Shown here: one piece after another, positions 1-10,824 of the stretch | Numbering within the stretch: the first letter of the stretch is position 1 | Layout of the letters: every line of letters starts with the position of its first letter | DNA from: an uncultured Aliarcobacter sp. | Lineage (GTDB): Bacteria > Campylobacterota > Campylobacteria > Campylobacterales > Arcobacteraceae | Direction of reading: 5' to 3' | NCBI GenBank assembly: GCA_963664305.2 | Contig: CAXXLV010000002.1 | Location: 608,001-672,000 of the forward strand | Length of the DNA stretch: 64,000 bases | Program-made: the position numbers and the translations under genes | Notes under the pieces: model-generated | The model's database searches: none | Told to the model about the DNA's origin: nothing | Seen by the model: the letters and a program-made list of their open reading frames with translations, nothing else

Positions 1-649
1 ATTGATTTTTTGCAAAAGGATATGAAGGATCACTTAAATTCATCACATGAAAAGTAATCATTCTTTTTAATTCATCATTAACTTTTATAAGAATTTCTTC
101 TCCTGAAAGATTTTTCTGAATTCTTCTTTTAAAAAAATTCTGAGGTCTAATCCATGATGGAAACTCTTTTGATGATTTAGAATATCTATAAATTCCATTT
201 GCTGCATATTGTAAAACATTTGTATCTATATCAGTTGCAATAATTGATGCATTGATATTTTTACCTAACTCTTCACTAGCTTTAAATACTGTCATTGCCA
301 TAGAATATGGTTCTTCTCCAGTTGAAGAAGCAGAACAATACATATTTATTTTTGTTCCACTATTTGCAAAAGCAGGAAGAACTCTATCTTTTAAATCAAC
401 AAAATGAAAATCTTCTCTAAAAAAATGAGTTTTATTTGTTGTAAATGAATTGATAAATTCTGTTACATTATTCCCTTGCTCTATAGAATTTAATAATTCC
501 ATAATATCACCAGAATATTTGCAATTTCTTTTTAATTTATCAATTCTATTTGAAATCATAATATCTTTATTCTCAGAAAGGGTAATTCCAGTTAAAGAAT
601 AAAGAAGCTTTTTTACTTTATTATGAACATCTTGTGTCGTATATCCCAT
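1..649 (-). CDS. cheR: Chemotaxis methyltransferase CheR (3' end runs off the window)
   Basis: Manual translation from ATG at 649 gives MGYTTQDVHNKVKKLLYSLTGITLSENK..., with TTNKTHFFRE and CSASSTGEEPYS motifs; lies directly downstream of cheA. Confidence 0.93.
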   Translation of the reverse strand, partial: MGYTTQDVHNKVKKLLYSLTGITLSENKDIMISNRIDKLKRNCKYSGDIMELLNSIEQGNNVTEFINSFTTNKTHFFREDFHFVDLKDRVLPAFANSGTKINMYCSASSTGEEPYSMAMTVFKASEELGKNINASIIATDIDTNVLQYAANGIYRYSKSSKEFPSWIRPQNFFKRRIQKNLSGEEILIKVNDELKRMITFHVMNLSDPSYPFAKNQ

Positions 650-654
650 TTATT

Positions 655-2745
655 TTAAGAAGCCCTTTTTGCAGCATTCATATCTTTTTCAATTTTGATT
701 TGTGCATTGATTATTCCAACAACATCCAGAATTAAACCAATACTTCCATCTCCTCTTACAGTTGCAGCTCCAATTCCTTGAACACTTCTAAAGTTTTTAT
801 CAAGAGGTTTAACAACAACTTGGTGTTGATTTAAGAACTCATCAATTGATAGAGCAACTTTAGTATTTCCTGATTTAACAACAATTAACATTCCATCTTC
901 TAATTTATCAAAGCTTTTTTCTAAACCAAATAATTGATGTAATTTTACAACAGGAATAAATTCTTCTCTTAACATTAATAAGTCTTGTGTTCCATCACCA
1001 ATTTTTTTAATCATGTCTGAAGTTGGTTGAAGAGATTCAACAATTGAACTTAAAGGTAAAATATATTTTTGATTACCTACTCTAATATCTAATCCATCTA
1101 GAATTGCAAGAGTTAAAGGTAACATAATAGTGATAGTTGTACCCTCACCTAAATGTGTATCAAGTTTAATCGCTCCACCTAATTTATGTATATTAGTTTT
1201 TACAACATCCATTCCAACACCACGACCTGAAATATCAGTAATTTGATCAGCTGTTGAAACTCCTGCTCCAAAGATTAATAAAGCTTTCTCATTTTCAGTC
1301 ATAGTGTTATATTGATTTTCATCAATTTGACCTTGTTCAAGAGCTTTTTGTGCAACTTTTTCTGAATTAATTCCTTTACCATCATCTTCAATAGTAATAA
1401 TCATTTGTCCATTTGCTTGTTCTGCTGAAATACTTATAGAACCAACTTCTGGTTTTCCAGTTTTTTCTCTTTCCGCAGGTGTTTCAATACCATGATCTAA
1501 AGAGTTTCTAATAATATGCATTAAAGGATCAGTTAATCCCTCAATCATAGCTTTATCAATTTCAACATTATCTCCATAATGTTTAAATTCTACTTTTTTA
1601 CCAAGTTTTTTAGAAATATCTCTTACAACTTTAGGGAATTTTGAGTAAATCGAATCCATAGGAACCATTCTGATACTCATAATAGAATCTTGCATATCTC
1701 TAATATGTCTTTCTAATAATTCAAGTCTTTCTAAAACAGAATTTCTTGTTTTTGTTTCGTCAATTGTTGATGAAAATTGTGTTAGCATTGCATTTGTAAT
1801 AACTAAATCTCCAACATTATTCATTAATAAATCAATTTTATCTAGATTTACTCTAATACTGTTATTATTGTTTGATACTGATTTTTTTGCACCTGCATCT
1901 TCATTATCTTCAGCTGCTACTGCTTTAGATTTTCTTGCTACTGGTGTAGATTTTTCAACAACTTCTTCTTTTTCAATAGTTGGAACAACTTTTTCTTCAA
2001 TGTCATTTGTTTGCATCACAGAATCAGGAGTTATATTTGGCATTTCATCAAAGAAACCAAAATTTTCTTTATCATCATTTGATATTTTAAAGTCACTATC
2101 TTTTGTATTTTTAGAAATTGTTTCTAAATCATCATCATAAAAACCTATATTTTCATGAACTGCATCAATATCATCATCTGCAAAAATTCCATAAGGTTTA
2201 TTTTTTGTATCCCTTTGTTCATTTAAATCATCATCAAAAAATCCAAAACTATCACTGTCTAATGTAGTAACTTCAACTTTTTCTACAACTTTTGGTTTTT
2301 CAACTTTTTCTACAACAACAGGTTCTACTTCTTTTTTTACAGCTGTTCCATTTGAATAAGATCTAATCTCTTCTAATAATGAGCTAGTCATTTGAGTGAA
2401 TGTATCTCTATCTAATTTATCTGCTACTTCAAGATCTAAAATCTCTTTCATAACATCAAGACCATCAATTAATGTTTCTGCCATTTCTGGAATAAATTCA
2501 ATTTTATGATTTCTCAATTTATCCATTAAGTTTTCAACATCATGTGTAAACTCAGCAAATAGAGCTAATTCAACAGATGCACCACTACCTTTTAAAGTAT
2601 GTACATCTCTAAAAAGTTGCCCCATCTCTTCATCTGTTAAAGTTCCATTATTCTCAGCTTCTAAAAGAACATTATCCGCTGATTCAAAAAGTTCAACAGC
2701 TTCTTCAAGAAACATTTCCCTATATTTAGAAATATCAAACGACAT
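655..2745 (-). CDS. cheA: Chemotaxis histidine kinase CheA
   Basis: Hpt motif FRDVHTLKG, HATPase motifs HIIRNSLDHGIE and SGRGVGMDVV, C-terminal CheW domain. Confidence 0.97.
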   Translation of the reverse strand: MSFDISKYREMFLEEAVELFESADNVLLEAENNGTLTDEEMGQLFRDVHTLKGSGASVELALFAEFTHDVENLMDKLRNHKIEFIPEMAETLIDGLDVMKEILDLEVADKLDRDTFTQMTSSLLEEIRSYSNGTAVKKEVEPVVVEKVEKPKVVEKVEVTTLDSDSFGFFDDDLNEQRDTKNKPYGIFADDDIDAVHENIGFYDDDLETISKNTKDSDFKISNDDKENFGFFDEMPNITPDSVMQTNDIEEKVVPTIEKEEVVEKSTPVARKSKAVAAEDNEDAGAKKSVSNNNNSIRVNLDKIDLLMNNVGDLVITNAMLTQFSSTIDETKTRNSVLERLELLERHIRDMQDSIMSIRMVPMDSIYSKFPKVVRDISKKLGKKVEFKHYGDNVEIDKAMIEGLTDPLMHIIRNSLDHGIETPAEREKTGKPEVGSISISAEQANGQMIITIEDDGKGINSEKVAQKALEQGQIDENQYNTMTENEKALLIFGAGVSTADQITDISGRGVGMDVVKTNIHKLGGAIKLDTHLGEGTTITIMLPLTLAILDGLDIRVGNQKYILPLSSIVESLQPTSDMIKKIGDGTQDLLMLREEFIPVVKLHQLFGLEKSFDKLEDGMLIVVKSGNTKVALSIDEFLNQHQVVVKPLDKNFRSVQGIGAATVRGDGSIGLILDVVGIINAQIKIEKDMNAAKRAS

Positions 2746-2758
2746 GAAAGCTCCTTTT

Positions 2759-3127
2759 TTATCTACTTAATACTATATTAACTGCTTTTAATAACTGGTC
2801 TGGTACAAATGGTTTTACAATCCATCCTGTAGCTCCTGCAGCTTTACCTTTCGCCTTCATTTCATCACTTCTTTCAGTTGTAAGAACAAGAATTGGTTTT
2901 TTTGTATATTGTGGTATTTTTCTTAATTCACCAATTAATGTTAGACCATCCATATTTGGCATATTTACGTCTGTGATAATTAAATCAAAATCTGTAGCTT
3001 TTGCTTTTGCTAAACCATCAACACCATCAACGGCTTCAGTTACATCCGTATAACCACCCTCATTTAATGCATAGTTTAGCATATCTCTTAGCATTGTAGA
3101 ATCGTCTACGATTAAAAGCTTAGCCAT
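2759..3127 (-). CDS. cheY: Chemotaxis response regulator CheY
   Basis: Stand-alone receiver domain (VDDS, TDVNMPNMDG, GATGWIVKPF) upstream of cheA. Confidence 0.93.
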   Translation of the reverse strand: MAKLLIVDDSTMLRDMLNYALNEGGYTDVTEAVDGVDGLAKAKATDFDLIITDVNMPNMDGLTLIGELRKIPQYTKKPILVLTTERSDEMKAKGKAAGATGWIVKPFVPDQLLKAVNIVLSR

Positions 3128-3294
3128 ATTAGAACCCCTTAAGTTTACTTATAAAAAATTATTTTAACTATACTAACGTAAGAAATATTAATTTAGGATT
3201 AGAATTTATTATAAATTTATTATATTGATATAAAATTTGCTTAAATGGTCATATTTAGGGGATTTTAGTAGGTAAATTAATCCTTTATAAAGGA

Positions 3295-5469
3295 TTAATT
3301 TGAAGATAATTCTATTCTATCTTTTTTAACTTTTAAAACTTTTACTTCGATATCTTGTCCAACAGATAAAACATCTGAAATGTTATTTACTCTCTCTTTA
3401 GAAATTTTTGAAATATGTAAAAGACCTTCACCACCTTTTGGTAAAAGTATAAATGCACCAAAATCAACTAATCTTTCAACTTTACCAGTTACAATTTCAT
3501 CAACTTGATATAATTTTTCAAAATCAACATTTTTTGGAGCTTCTTTTCTTGAAGGAGCATTATTTGAAATAGTTTTAATATGTTCACAAGCATCTAAAAC
3601 ATTTTGTTTATTTTCTCCACTTACTTTTACTGTTCCACTATCTCTATCTAAATCAATTGAAACAGTGAATTTTTCAATAATTTCTTTGATTGTAGCACCT
3701 GCTTTTCCAATAATAACCATTATTTTACTTGGGTCAATTGCAAATTGTTCAACTAAAGGTAAAGCTTCACTTGGAACTATTTCATTTGCTGCTTCATTCA
3801 TAAGTCCTAAAATATGCTCTCTACCCTCTTTTGCTTGCAATAATGCTTCTTTTAAAACTGATAATTCAATTCCACCAAGTTTAATATCCATTTGTAAAGC
3901 AGTGATTCCTTTATTTGTTCCTGCAACTTTAAAATCCATATCTCCATCATGGTCTTCAAGTCCCATAATATCTGTTAAGATTGAATATTTACCATCTTCT
4001 ACAACCATTCCCATAGCAACACCTGCAACTAAATCAGAAATAGGAACACCTGCTGCTTTAAGTGCTAAAGAACCTCCACAAACTGTAGCCATTGAAGAAG
4101 AACCATTTGATTCAAGAATTTCAGAAACTAATCTTACAGTTTCATTGTAATCATCATCAATTGTAGCTTCAAGTGCTTTTTTAGCTAAGTTACCATGTCC
4201 CAATTCTCGTCTTCCTACACCAAACATAGGTTTAGCTTCACCAACAGAGAATCCTGGAAAGTTATAATGAACCATAAATCTTTCCATTGAAGTTGATTTA
4301 TCAGTTAAAACTTCATACATTTGTCCATCTTTAGGTCCTGCAATTGTACCTATAACTAATGCTTGTGTTTCACCTCTTGTAAATAAACAAGAAGAGTGAG
4401 TTGATGGTAAAATATTTGTTTCAATAGTAATTGGTCTAACATCTTTTAAACCTCTACCATCAGCTCTTACTTTATCATTTACAATCATTGCTCTTACAAT
4501 TTCTCTTTTTACAATTGAAACTGCTTCATAAATAGTGTTAAATTCTAATTCATTAGTAATACAATATTCATTTTTAGAAATCATTTTAGCAACATCTTTT
4601 AATTGAGTTGCTCTTTCACTTTTTGCAAGTTTTTTAATAGCTTCTTTTATGTCATTTGAAAAATTATCTCTAACATAATTTATTACAGACTCTTCAATAG
4701 TAAATTTAACTAATTCAACTTCAATTTTTTCTTTGCTTGAAGATTCAAAACCTTTTTCATAAGTTAAATTAGCCTCTTTTAAAGCATTTTGTGCAAATGC
4801 AATTGCTTCAACTAAAACATCTTCATCCATCTCATTTGAATTATGAATTTTAGTAAATGCTTCAATATCAACTTCAACCAATTCACTAGAAGAGATAGTT
4901 TTCATTTCAATCATTAATAATTCATCTTTAGATCCAGCAACATATAAATCTAAAACAGAATTTTCTAATTCAGCTGGAGTTGGATTAATAACTAAGTTAT
5001 TTTCTATTTTTGCAACTCTAACACCACAAACTGATTTTTTAATTGGTAAATTAGATGTGTATAAAGCAGCATTTGCAGCATTTAATGCTAAAGTTTGTAA
5101 ATCAACATCTTTGTCTGCGCTTAAAACCATAACTGTAATTGTTGTAGGATAAACATAACCTTTTGGGAAAAGTGGTCTTAAACTTCTATCAATTACTCTT
5201 GATGTTAAAGTTTCAAAATCGCTTGGTTTTCCTTCTCTTTTTATAAAACCACCAGGTAATTTTGCAGCTGCATAAGTTTTTTCTATATATTGAACTGTTA
5301 AAGGAGTAAAATCTTCACTAACAGGATTATCGAATTCACTTACAACAGTTGCTAATACTACTGCATTCCCTATTTTTGCTAAAACTGAACCATTTGCTTG
5401 TTTAGCTACTTTCTCAAATTCAAAAATCTCTTGTTTTCCATTTAATTCAAATTCACACACTGTTGCCAT
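3295..5469 (-). CDS. pnp: Polyribonucleotide nucleotidyltransferase
   Basis: PGGFIKREG, RRELGHG, ESNGSSSMA and GDMDFKVAG motifs; KH and S1 domains. Confidence 0.98.
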   Translation of the reverse strand: MATVCEFELNGKQEIFEFEKVAKQANGSVLAKIGNAVVLATVVSEFDNPVSEDFTPLTVQYIEKTYAAAKLPGGFIKREGKPSDFETLTSRVIDRSLRPLFPKGYVYPTTITVMVLSADKDVDLQTLALNAANAALYTSNLPIKKSVCGVRVAKIENNLVINPTPAELENSVLDLYVAGSKDELLMIEMKTISSSELVEVDIEAFTKIHNSNEMDEDVLVEAIAFAQNALKEANLTYEKGFESSSKEKIEVELVKFTIEESVINYVRDNFSNDIKEAIKKLAKSERATQLKDVAKMISKNEYCITNELEFNTIYEAVSIVKREIVRAMIVNDKVRADGRGLKDVRPITIETNILPSTHSSCLFTRGETQALVIGTIAGPKDGQMYEVLTDKSTSMERFMVHYNFPGFSVGEAKPMFGVGRRELGHGNLAKKALEATIDDDYNETVRLVSEILESNGSSSMATVCGGSLALKAAGVPISDLVAGVAMGMVVEDGKYSILTDIMGLEDHDGDMDFKVAGTNKGITALQMDIKLGGIELSVLKEALLQAKEGREHILGLMNEAANEIVPSEALPLVEQFAIDPSKIMVIIGKAGATIKEIIEKFTVSIDLDRDSGTVKVSGENKQNVLDACEHIKTISNNAPSRKEAPKNVDFEKLYQVDEIVTGKVERLVDFGAFILLPKGGEGLLHISKISKERVNNISDVLSVGQDIEVKVLKVKKDRIELSSN

Positions 5470-5475
5470 AATTTT

Positions 5476-6126
5476 TTATCCTTTATTTATTTTCTCTATA
5501 TCTTCAAAACTAAGTTCTTCCAAACTATCATAATAAAAATCTATCTCTACAAAATGATCTAATTTTTTTATAAAATATAAATCATCAGCAATAGATTCAA
5601 TTGTTGGAATACTAGCTGTTGGTAAAATTGGAGTAGCTACTGAAATAGATTTTGCTTTTAGATTAATTGCAGTTTTAATACAAGCCATCATTGTAAGACC
5701 TGTATTAATTCCCTCATCAACTATTAAAACATTTTTATCTTCTAATTTTTCAATTCTCTCACCATGTCTAAATCTATTAACTTTTTTTACAATAGATTCT
5801 TCAAAAACTTGTTTAGATTTTGAATAAATGTAATCTAAACTGATATCAAATGATTTTACTAACTCCTCATGTATTAATACTTCTTCGTGCTCAGTAACAA
5901 CTGCAATTTCACACTCTTCATTATTTGGAGCATATATTTTTTCTGAAAACATAATATCAAATTTTCCATTTAATGTTTTTGCAATTATTTTAGCAATTTC
6001 AAATCCACCATAAGAACTTGAAATTACTGTCCAATCTTCTAACTTCATACTATCAATAGGTAAGATATCTAAAAGTCTATAAGCTGCAACTTCCCTATTT
6101 TTAAAATATACTTTATCGGAATTCAT
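5476..6126 (-). CDS. Phosphoribosyltransferase-family protein
   Basis: FKNREVAA N-terminus and PRT-like loop VLIVDEGINTG. Confidence 0.8.
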   Translation of the reverse strand: MNSDKVYFKNREVAAYRLLDILPIDSMKLEDWTVISSSYGGFEIAKIIAKTLNGKFDIMFSEKIYAPNNEECEIAVVTEHEEVLIHEELVKSFDISLDYIYSKSKQVFEESIVKKVNRFRHGERIEKLEDKNVLIVDEGINTGLTMMACIKTAINLKAKSISVATPILPTASIPTIESIADDLYFIKKLDHFVEIDFYYDSLEELSFEDIEKINKG

Positions 6127-8249
6127 TAGTTGTCATTTTCCATTCTATATTTTTGTTTTATTCCACCTAATGGTTTTAATAATAGAGTCATAGTTATTAA
6201 TTTTTGCTCAACACTATCTTTATTAGTTGAAGATGAAGGTATAATTTCATTTTCTAATCTTAAGTCTAAATTCCAACAATTATCATTTATATTAAAACTC
6301 ATTCCTTGTCTATTTCTAATTTTTTCTAAAAGATTATAATTTTCATAATAACTAATACTGTAATCTTTTGATATTTTATATGAAGTACTAACTCTATATG
6401 ATTCTAAATCTTCTTTATCAGTATTTGGAGTCTCTTTTGATTTATAGTATCCTAAAGTAAATGATAAATTGTCAAAAACTAAAGTATTATTAAATGTATC
6501 CTCTACAAATTGTTCATCTTGCATGTTATAAACAATTCTTCCTGATACATAACCATAATCATGATTTACTTTTACATAATTTTCTAAATTTTGTAATTTT
6601 GGATTATCTAATTCATCATAAAGTATAGATTGTGACATTTTATGATTAATAAATTGTTTTAAATTATCTTTCAAATATAAAGATTGATTTAGTGTTAAAT
6701 TAATATTTTTTTCTTCTTGAATAATAGGAAATGCTTTTAATTCTTCTTCTTTCGTTGAACCACTTACAGTTGTAATTTTATATAAATCACCTTCTTCTTT
6801 TAAATTTTTAGGCACTACATATTCAGCTCCTAAATTTATAGTATGTAAATAGTTTTCATAAGGTTTAATTAAATCGCTTCCAATTAAAACTGAAGTTCTA
6901 TTTTGAATTAAATTACCATCTTCATAAAATGTATTTTCAAAATTATTATAATCATATTTACTAACTATTGTTTTATTTTCAACAGTTAAGTACATAAAAT
7001 CATCTAAAAAATATTTTGTATAACTAATAGGAACACTTATTTCATAAATAGTTGCATTTAAACCTTCTGGTCTAGTATAATTCATTACTTTTGTATCTAA
7101 AGAATAAACTAAATTATCAAGAAATGCTTCTTTATTATATGAGTGAAAATGTACTTGTGGTAATTCTTGTAAAGTCCCACTATTGCTATCTGTTGAAGTA
7201 TCTATATAATATCTTGAATAAGCACCTGTATAATAATCAGGTGTGTTATAAAAGTAATTAATTTTTGATTCAACTTTTTTATCAGTTGATACTGAATAAT
7301 TTGATTCTTCTAATGTTAAGTATTCAACATCATTTAGATATTTTATAGCTGTATATAATCCATCAGTAGATTCTGAAGTTTCAGAATTTGCAAATATATT
7401 TCTTCTGCTATAATCAACATCTAATCCAAAATGTTCTTTATGTTCTAAAAGATTTTCTTCTCTATAATCATCATTTTCTACAAAAACACCAGATTTTATT
7501 TTTAAAAGGGAATCAGGAGAATCAGCATATCTATAATATCCATAAATTCCTTTTCCTCTTGCTGTTCTAATTTGAGGAATTAATTCTAAATCATAGTTTT
7601 GAGCAGGTGCAAAATATATTGGTTGAGCATAATAAAAACCTTCTCCTTCAGAAATTCCTAAAGTTGGAAGCAATAAACCTGTTCGTCTTGTTGTATCTGT
7701 AGGAAAACCAATATAAGGGCTATAAAATACAGGAACATCTTTTATATATAATCTTGGATTATAAGCATTCATCCATTTATTTTCTGTATCATAATCAGCA
7801 CTTGATGTTCGAATACTCCAAACAGGATCTAAACAATCACAAGAAGAAATTATCGAACTATCTAATTTTACTATCTCTTTTTCTTTATTTGACTCTTTTG
7901 AGTTAACCCAAATATTGTTACTATTTTCAAATAGAAACAGAGGATATTGATTTGATATATCATTTTTTAAATCTACAAAAGCATGTTCACTTTGTGTTTG
8001 AATATTATTATCTTTTATAATTAAAACATTATCAAATAATTCAAAAGTCTCTTTTTCTTTATCAAATACAATTTTATTTGCACTTAAATAATATGTGGGA
8101 GAATAGATTACAACATTTCCTGTTGCAGTTATAATATTATCTTTAGCATCAATATTTTGGGCAATTAATTGGAATTTTTCATTATTTATTTCTTGACCTT
8201 GCAGTAATGCAGAAGTAATTAGTAGTGAACCTATTATCTTTTTATACAT
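6126..8249 (-). CDS. lptD: LPS assembly protein LptD
   Basis: Signal peptide, SSC...W, PVFYSPY and RRTGLLLP motifs, C-terminal CW; RDD-lptD-PRT-pnp context. Confidence 0.88.
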   Translation of the reverse strand: MYKKIIGSLLITSALLQGQEINNEKFQLIAQNIDAKDNIITATGNVVIYSPTYYLSANKIVFDKEKETFELFDNVLIIKDNNIQTQSEHAFVDLKNDISNQYPLFLFENSNNIWVNSKESNKEKEIVKLDSSIISSCDCLDPVWSIRTSSADYDTENKWMNAYNPRLYIKDVPVFYSPYIGFPTDTTRRTGLLLPTLGISEGEGFYYAQPIYFAPAQNYDLELIPQIRTARGKGIYGYYRYADSPDSLLKIKSGVFVENDDYREENLLEHKEHFGLDVDYSRRNIFANSETSESTDGLYTAIKYLNDVEYLTLEESNYSVSTDKKVESKINYFYNTPDYYTGAYSRYYIDTSTDSNSGTLQELPQVHFHSYNKEAFLDNLVYSLDTKVMNYTRPEGLNATIYEISVPISYTKYFLDDFMYLTVENKTIVSKYDYNNFENTFYEDGNLIQNRTSVLIGSDLIKPYENYLHTINLGAEYVVPKNLKEEGDLYKITTVSGSTKEEELKAFPIIQEEKNINLTLNQSLYLKDNLKQFINHKMSQSILYDELDNPKLQNLENYVKVNHDYGYVSGRIVYNMQDEQFVEDTFNNTLVFDNLSFTLGYYKSKETPNTDKEDLESYRVSTSYKISKDYSISYYENYNLLEKIRNRQGMSFNINDNCWNLDLRLENEIIPSSSTNKDSVEQKLITMTLLLKPLGGIKQKYRMENDN

Positions 8250-8679
8250 TTACTACCAACGTTTTACCAGTAATATCATGAAATGTTTTTCTTCCATCAT
8301 TAAAAAAACCAATTAAAAATCCAACATAAAAAAACATTTCAGAAAATATTCTTCCTACTGCTCTTAAAAAAGAAGAAAATACACTAACTCTTCCCCAATG
8401 ATTTGCATCAATTACTCTTATTTTAGCCACGATTTTACCTATTGTTGCACCATAATACCAAACAAAAAAAGTATGATAAATTACTTTTAGGAAAATTAAT
8501 GGCATTACTAATTCAGCTTTCATAAGATACATTAATGCATCTGCATCATCACTTAGTGCATAAATTTTTTCCCAAAATATAATCATAATGATTAACGTAA
8601 CAAGTAAATCATCTATTACATAAGCAAATGCACGAGAACGCATTGATGCTAATTGAAGATTATTTGTATTATTTTGCAT
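8242..8679 (-). CDS. RDD family membrane protein
   Basis: R..A..ID, GATIGK and FHD motifs. Confidence 0.9.
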   Translation of the reverse strand: MQNNTNNLQLASMRSRAFAYVIDDLLVTLIIMIIFWEKIYALSDDADALMYLMKAELVMPLIFLKVIYHTFFVWYYGATIGKIVAKIRVIDANHWGRVSVFSSFLRAVGRIFSEMFFYVGFLIGFFNDGRKTFHDITGKTLVVNV

Positions 8680-8687
8680 TTAAAGAA

Positions 8688-9953
8688 TTACTTTAATGCT
8701 TGATAAGCAATATCTGTTCTACATTTTTTACCTGCAAAATGTACTTGTCCACATAAAGCATAAGCTCTATCTCTTGCTTCTTTTATTGATTTACCAAATC
8801 CAACACAAACAAGTACTCTTCCACCAGTTGCCATTAATTTATCATCAATTTTTTCAACACCTGCATAAGAGATATGAGAATTTTGAAGTAAATCTTCATC
8901 AACTATTTCATCAACAATAATTTCAGCTGGTGTACTTGAACCATATGGATAATTTCCACTTGCCATTACAACACCTACACCAAACTCATCTTTTATTTTA
9001 ATATCTAATTTATCAAGTTGTTTAGTTGCACCTTTATAAAATAATTCAGATACAGGAGTAGCTAAAAGTGGCATTAAAATTTCACACTCAGGATCTCCAA
9101 ATCTTACATTATATTCTAAAATAATTGGCTCACCTTTTACTACCATTACTCCAATAAAAAGTACACCTTCAAAAGGTGCACCTTCATTTTGCATCCCTTT
9201 TAAAGTAGGTTTGATTACTCTTTCTTCAATTTTTTTATAAATTTCATCATTTACTAAAGGAGTTGGAGCATATGCACCCATTCCACCAGTATTTGGACCA
9301 GTATCTCCATCACCTATTCTTTTATGATCTTGAGCAGCTGGTAAAACTTTATAGTTTTCTCCATCGCAAATTGCAAATACTGATAATTCATACCCATCTA
9401 AATACTCTTCTACAACAATAGAAGTTCCAGCGTCACCAAAAGCTGCTCCACTTAACATTTCACTTGCAGCTTGTTTTGCTTCATCTTTTGTTTGTGCAAT
9501 AATTACACCTTTACCTGCGCATAAACCATCTGCTTTTACAACAATTGGTTCATTCATTGTATCTATAAAATCAAAAGCTTCTTTTTCATCAGAAGTTTCT
9601 ATAAATGCTGCTGTTGGTATGTTATATTTTTTAAGTATATTTTTCATATACACTTTTGAACCTTCAAGTTGAGCAGCTGCTGCACTTGGTCCAAAAATAG
9701 TTAAACCATTTTCTTTAAATATATCAACAACACCATCTACTAAAGGAGCCTCTGGTCCTACAATAGTTAAATCAATAGAATTATCTTTTGCCCATACTGC
9801 TAGTTGATTATAATCTTTTATATTTATGTTTGTACCTAATCTATCAGTTGCACCATTTCCTGGCATAAAATATAGGTTATGAGCATTTTCTTTGTATATT
9901 GCTAATCCAATAGAGTATTCTCTACCACCACTTCCTAGTATCAATATATTCAC
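8688..9953 (-). CDS. purD: Phosphoribosylamine-glycine ligase
   Basis: [29 protein letters not shown] and [10 protein letters not shown] motifs. Confidence 0.98.
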   Translation of the reverse strand: MNILILGSGGREYSIGLAIYKENAHNLYFMPGNGATDRLGTNINIKDYNQLAVWAKDNSIDLTIVGPEAPLVDGVVDIFKENGLTIFGPSAAAAQLEGSKVYMKNILKKYNIPTAAFIETSDEKEAFDFIDTMNEPIVVKADGLCAGKGVIIAQTKDEAKQAASEMLSGAAFGDAGTSIVVEEYLDGYELSVFAICDGENYKVLPAAQDHKRIGDGDTGPNTGGMGAYAPTPLVNDEIYKKIEERVIKPTLKGMQNEGAPFEGVLFIGVMVVKGEPIILEYNVRFGDPECEILMPLLATPVSELFYKGATKQLDKLDIKIKDEFGVGVVMASGNYPYGSSTPAEIIVDEIVDEDLLQNSHISYAGVEKIDDKLMATGGRVLVCVGFGKSIKEARDRAYALCGQVHFAGKKCRTDIAYQALK

Positions 9954-9980
9954 GATAATTCCTTGTAATGTTTTTAATCA

Positions 9981-10166
9981 AATAAGATACCCAAGTAGTC
10001 GTTAACCATCAAATGGCCCACATAAGCCACAAATTGCAGGCAAGTGCAGATTTTAGGAGCGAGAACGCAATGAATCGCTGCACACCATCTGACTACAACT
10101 GCCCGCGAAAATTATTTATTCGGACCCACAACAATGGAAATCTCGAACTACTTAGATTGTCTTATT
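9981..10166 (-). ncRNA. ssrS: 6S RNA
   Basis: A ~186-nt GC-richer island whose ends pair (AAUAAGA..CUAAGUAGU with ACUACUUGG..UCUUAUU; G-U pairs favour the minus strand). Candidate -10 CATAAT at 10179-10174. 6S RNA is known to sit upstream of purD in Campylobacterota. Confidence 0.85.
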
Positions 10167-10170
10167 TTAT

Positions 10171-10824
10171 CTAATTATGATTAAAATTGAGTTTAAAAAA
10201 ATTTTGCTTTGCAAGTTTTATACATTCATCAACTGATGTTTCTAAACTTATTTCATATTTAACATCTTTTGGTAGGTATTTTGCAGTTGTTTTTCCAATT
10301 ACAATTGCTTTATAAGAATCTTTCCATGAATACTGTTTGAAGAAACATTCAATTGTTGAAGGAGAAGTAAAAATAAATATAGAATTATCTTCCAAAACTT
10401 TATTTGATTCTTTACAAGAAGTCTTATATGTAACAATTTCATCAACAAAAATACTATTTTCTTTTAAGATTTTTGGTAAATCAGAAACAGTTTTTAAAGC
10501 CTTTATATATAAAGCTTTTTTATCTTTTAATAAAGGTATCAATTCATATGCAAAATCATTTCCATGCCCAGAATTACCAACAAATGATATTTTACCACCT
10601 AGGTTTTTAACAATATTTGCAGTTTTAGGAGCAATTGCATATGAAGGAATATTTTTCCAATCTTTATTAAATGAATCTAAAGAATAAATAGCATTTTTTG
10701 AAGTAAATACCAATGCATCATATTTATTCAAATCAATTTGTGATTTTAAAAATTCTATTTGAAAAACTTCTAAATTTTCAATACCCTCATATCTTTGAGA
10801 GTTAAGTAAATAAATCTTAGCCAT
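10171..10824 (-). CDS. hemD: Uroporphyrinogen-III synthase
   Basis: LVFTSKNAI, YKT, FIFTSPS and VIGKTTA motifs. Confidence 0.9.
   Translation of the reverse strand: MAKIYLLNSQRYEGIENLEVFQIEFLKSQIDLNKYDALVFTSKNAIYSLDSFNKDWKNIPSYAIAPKTANIVKNLGGKISFVGNSGHGNDFAYELIPLLKDKKALYIKALKTVSDLPKILKENSIFVDEIVTYKTSCKESNKVLEDNSIFIFTSPSTIECFFKQYSWKDSYKAIVIGKTTAKYLPKDVKYEISLETSVDECIKLAKQNFFKLNFNHN

Noticed and set aside
3160..3280. GGTAAAT/TTAGG words upstream of cheY resembling the module's box
   Set aside because: There is no paired TAC half-site at an 11-bp period with 10-bp spacing to a -10 hexamer.
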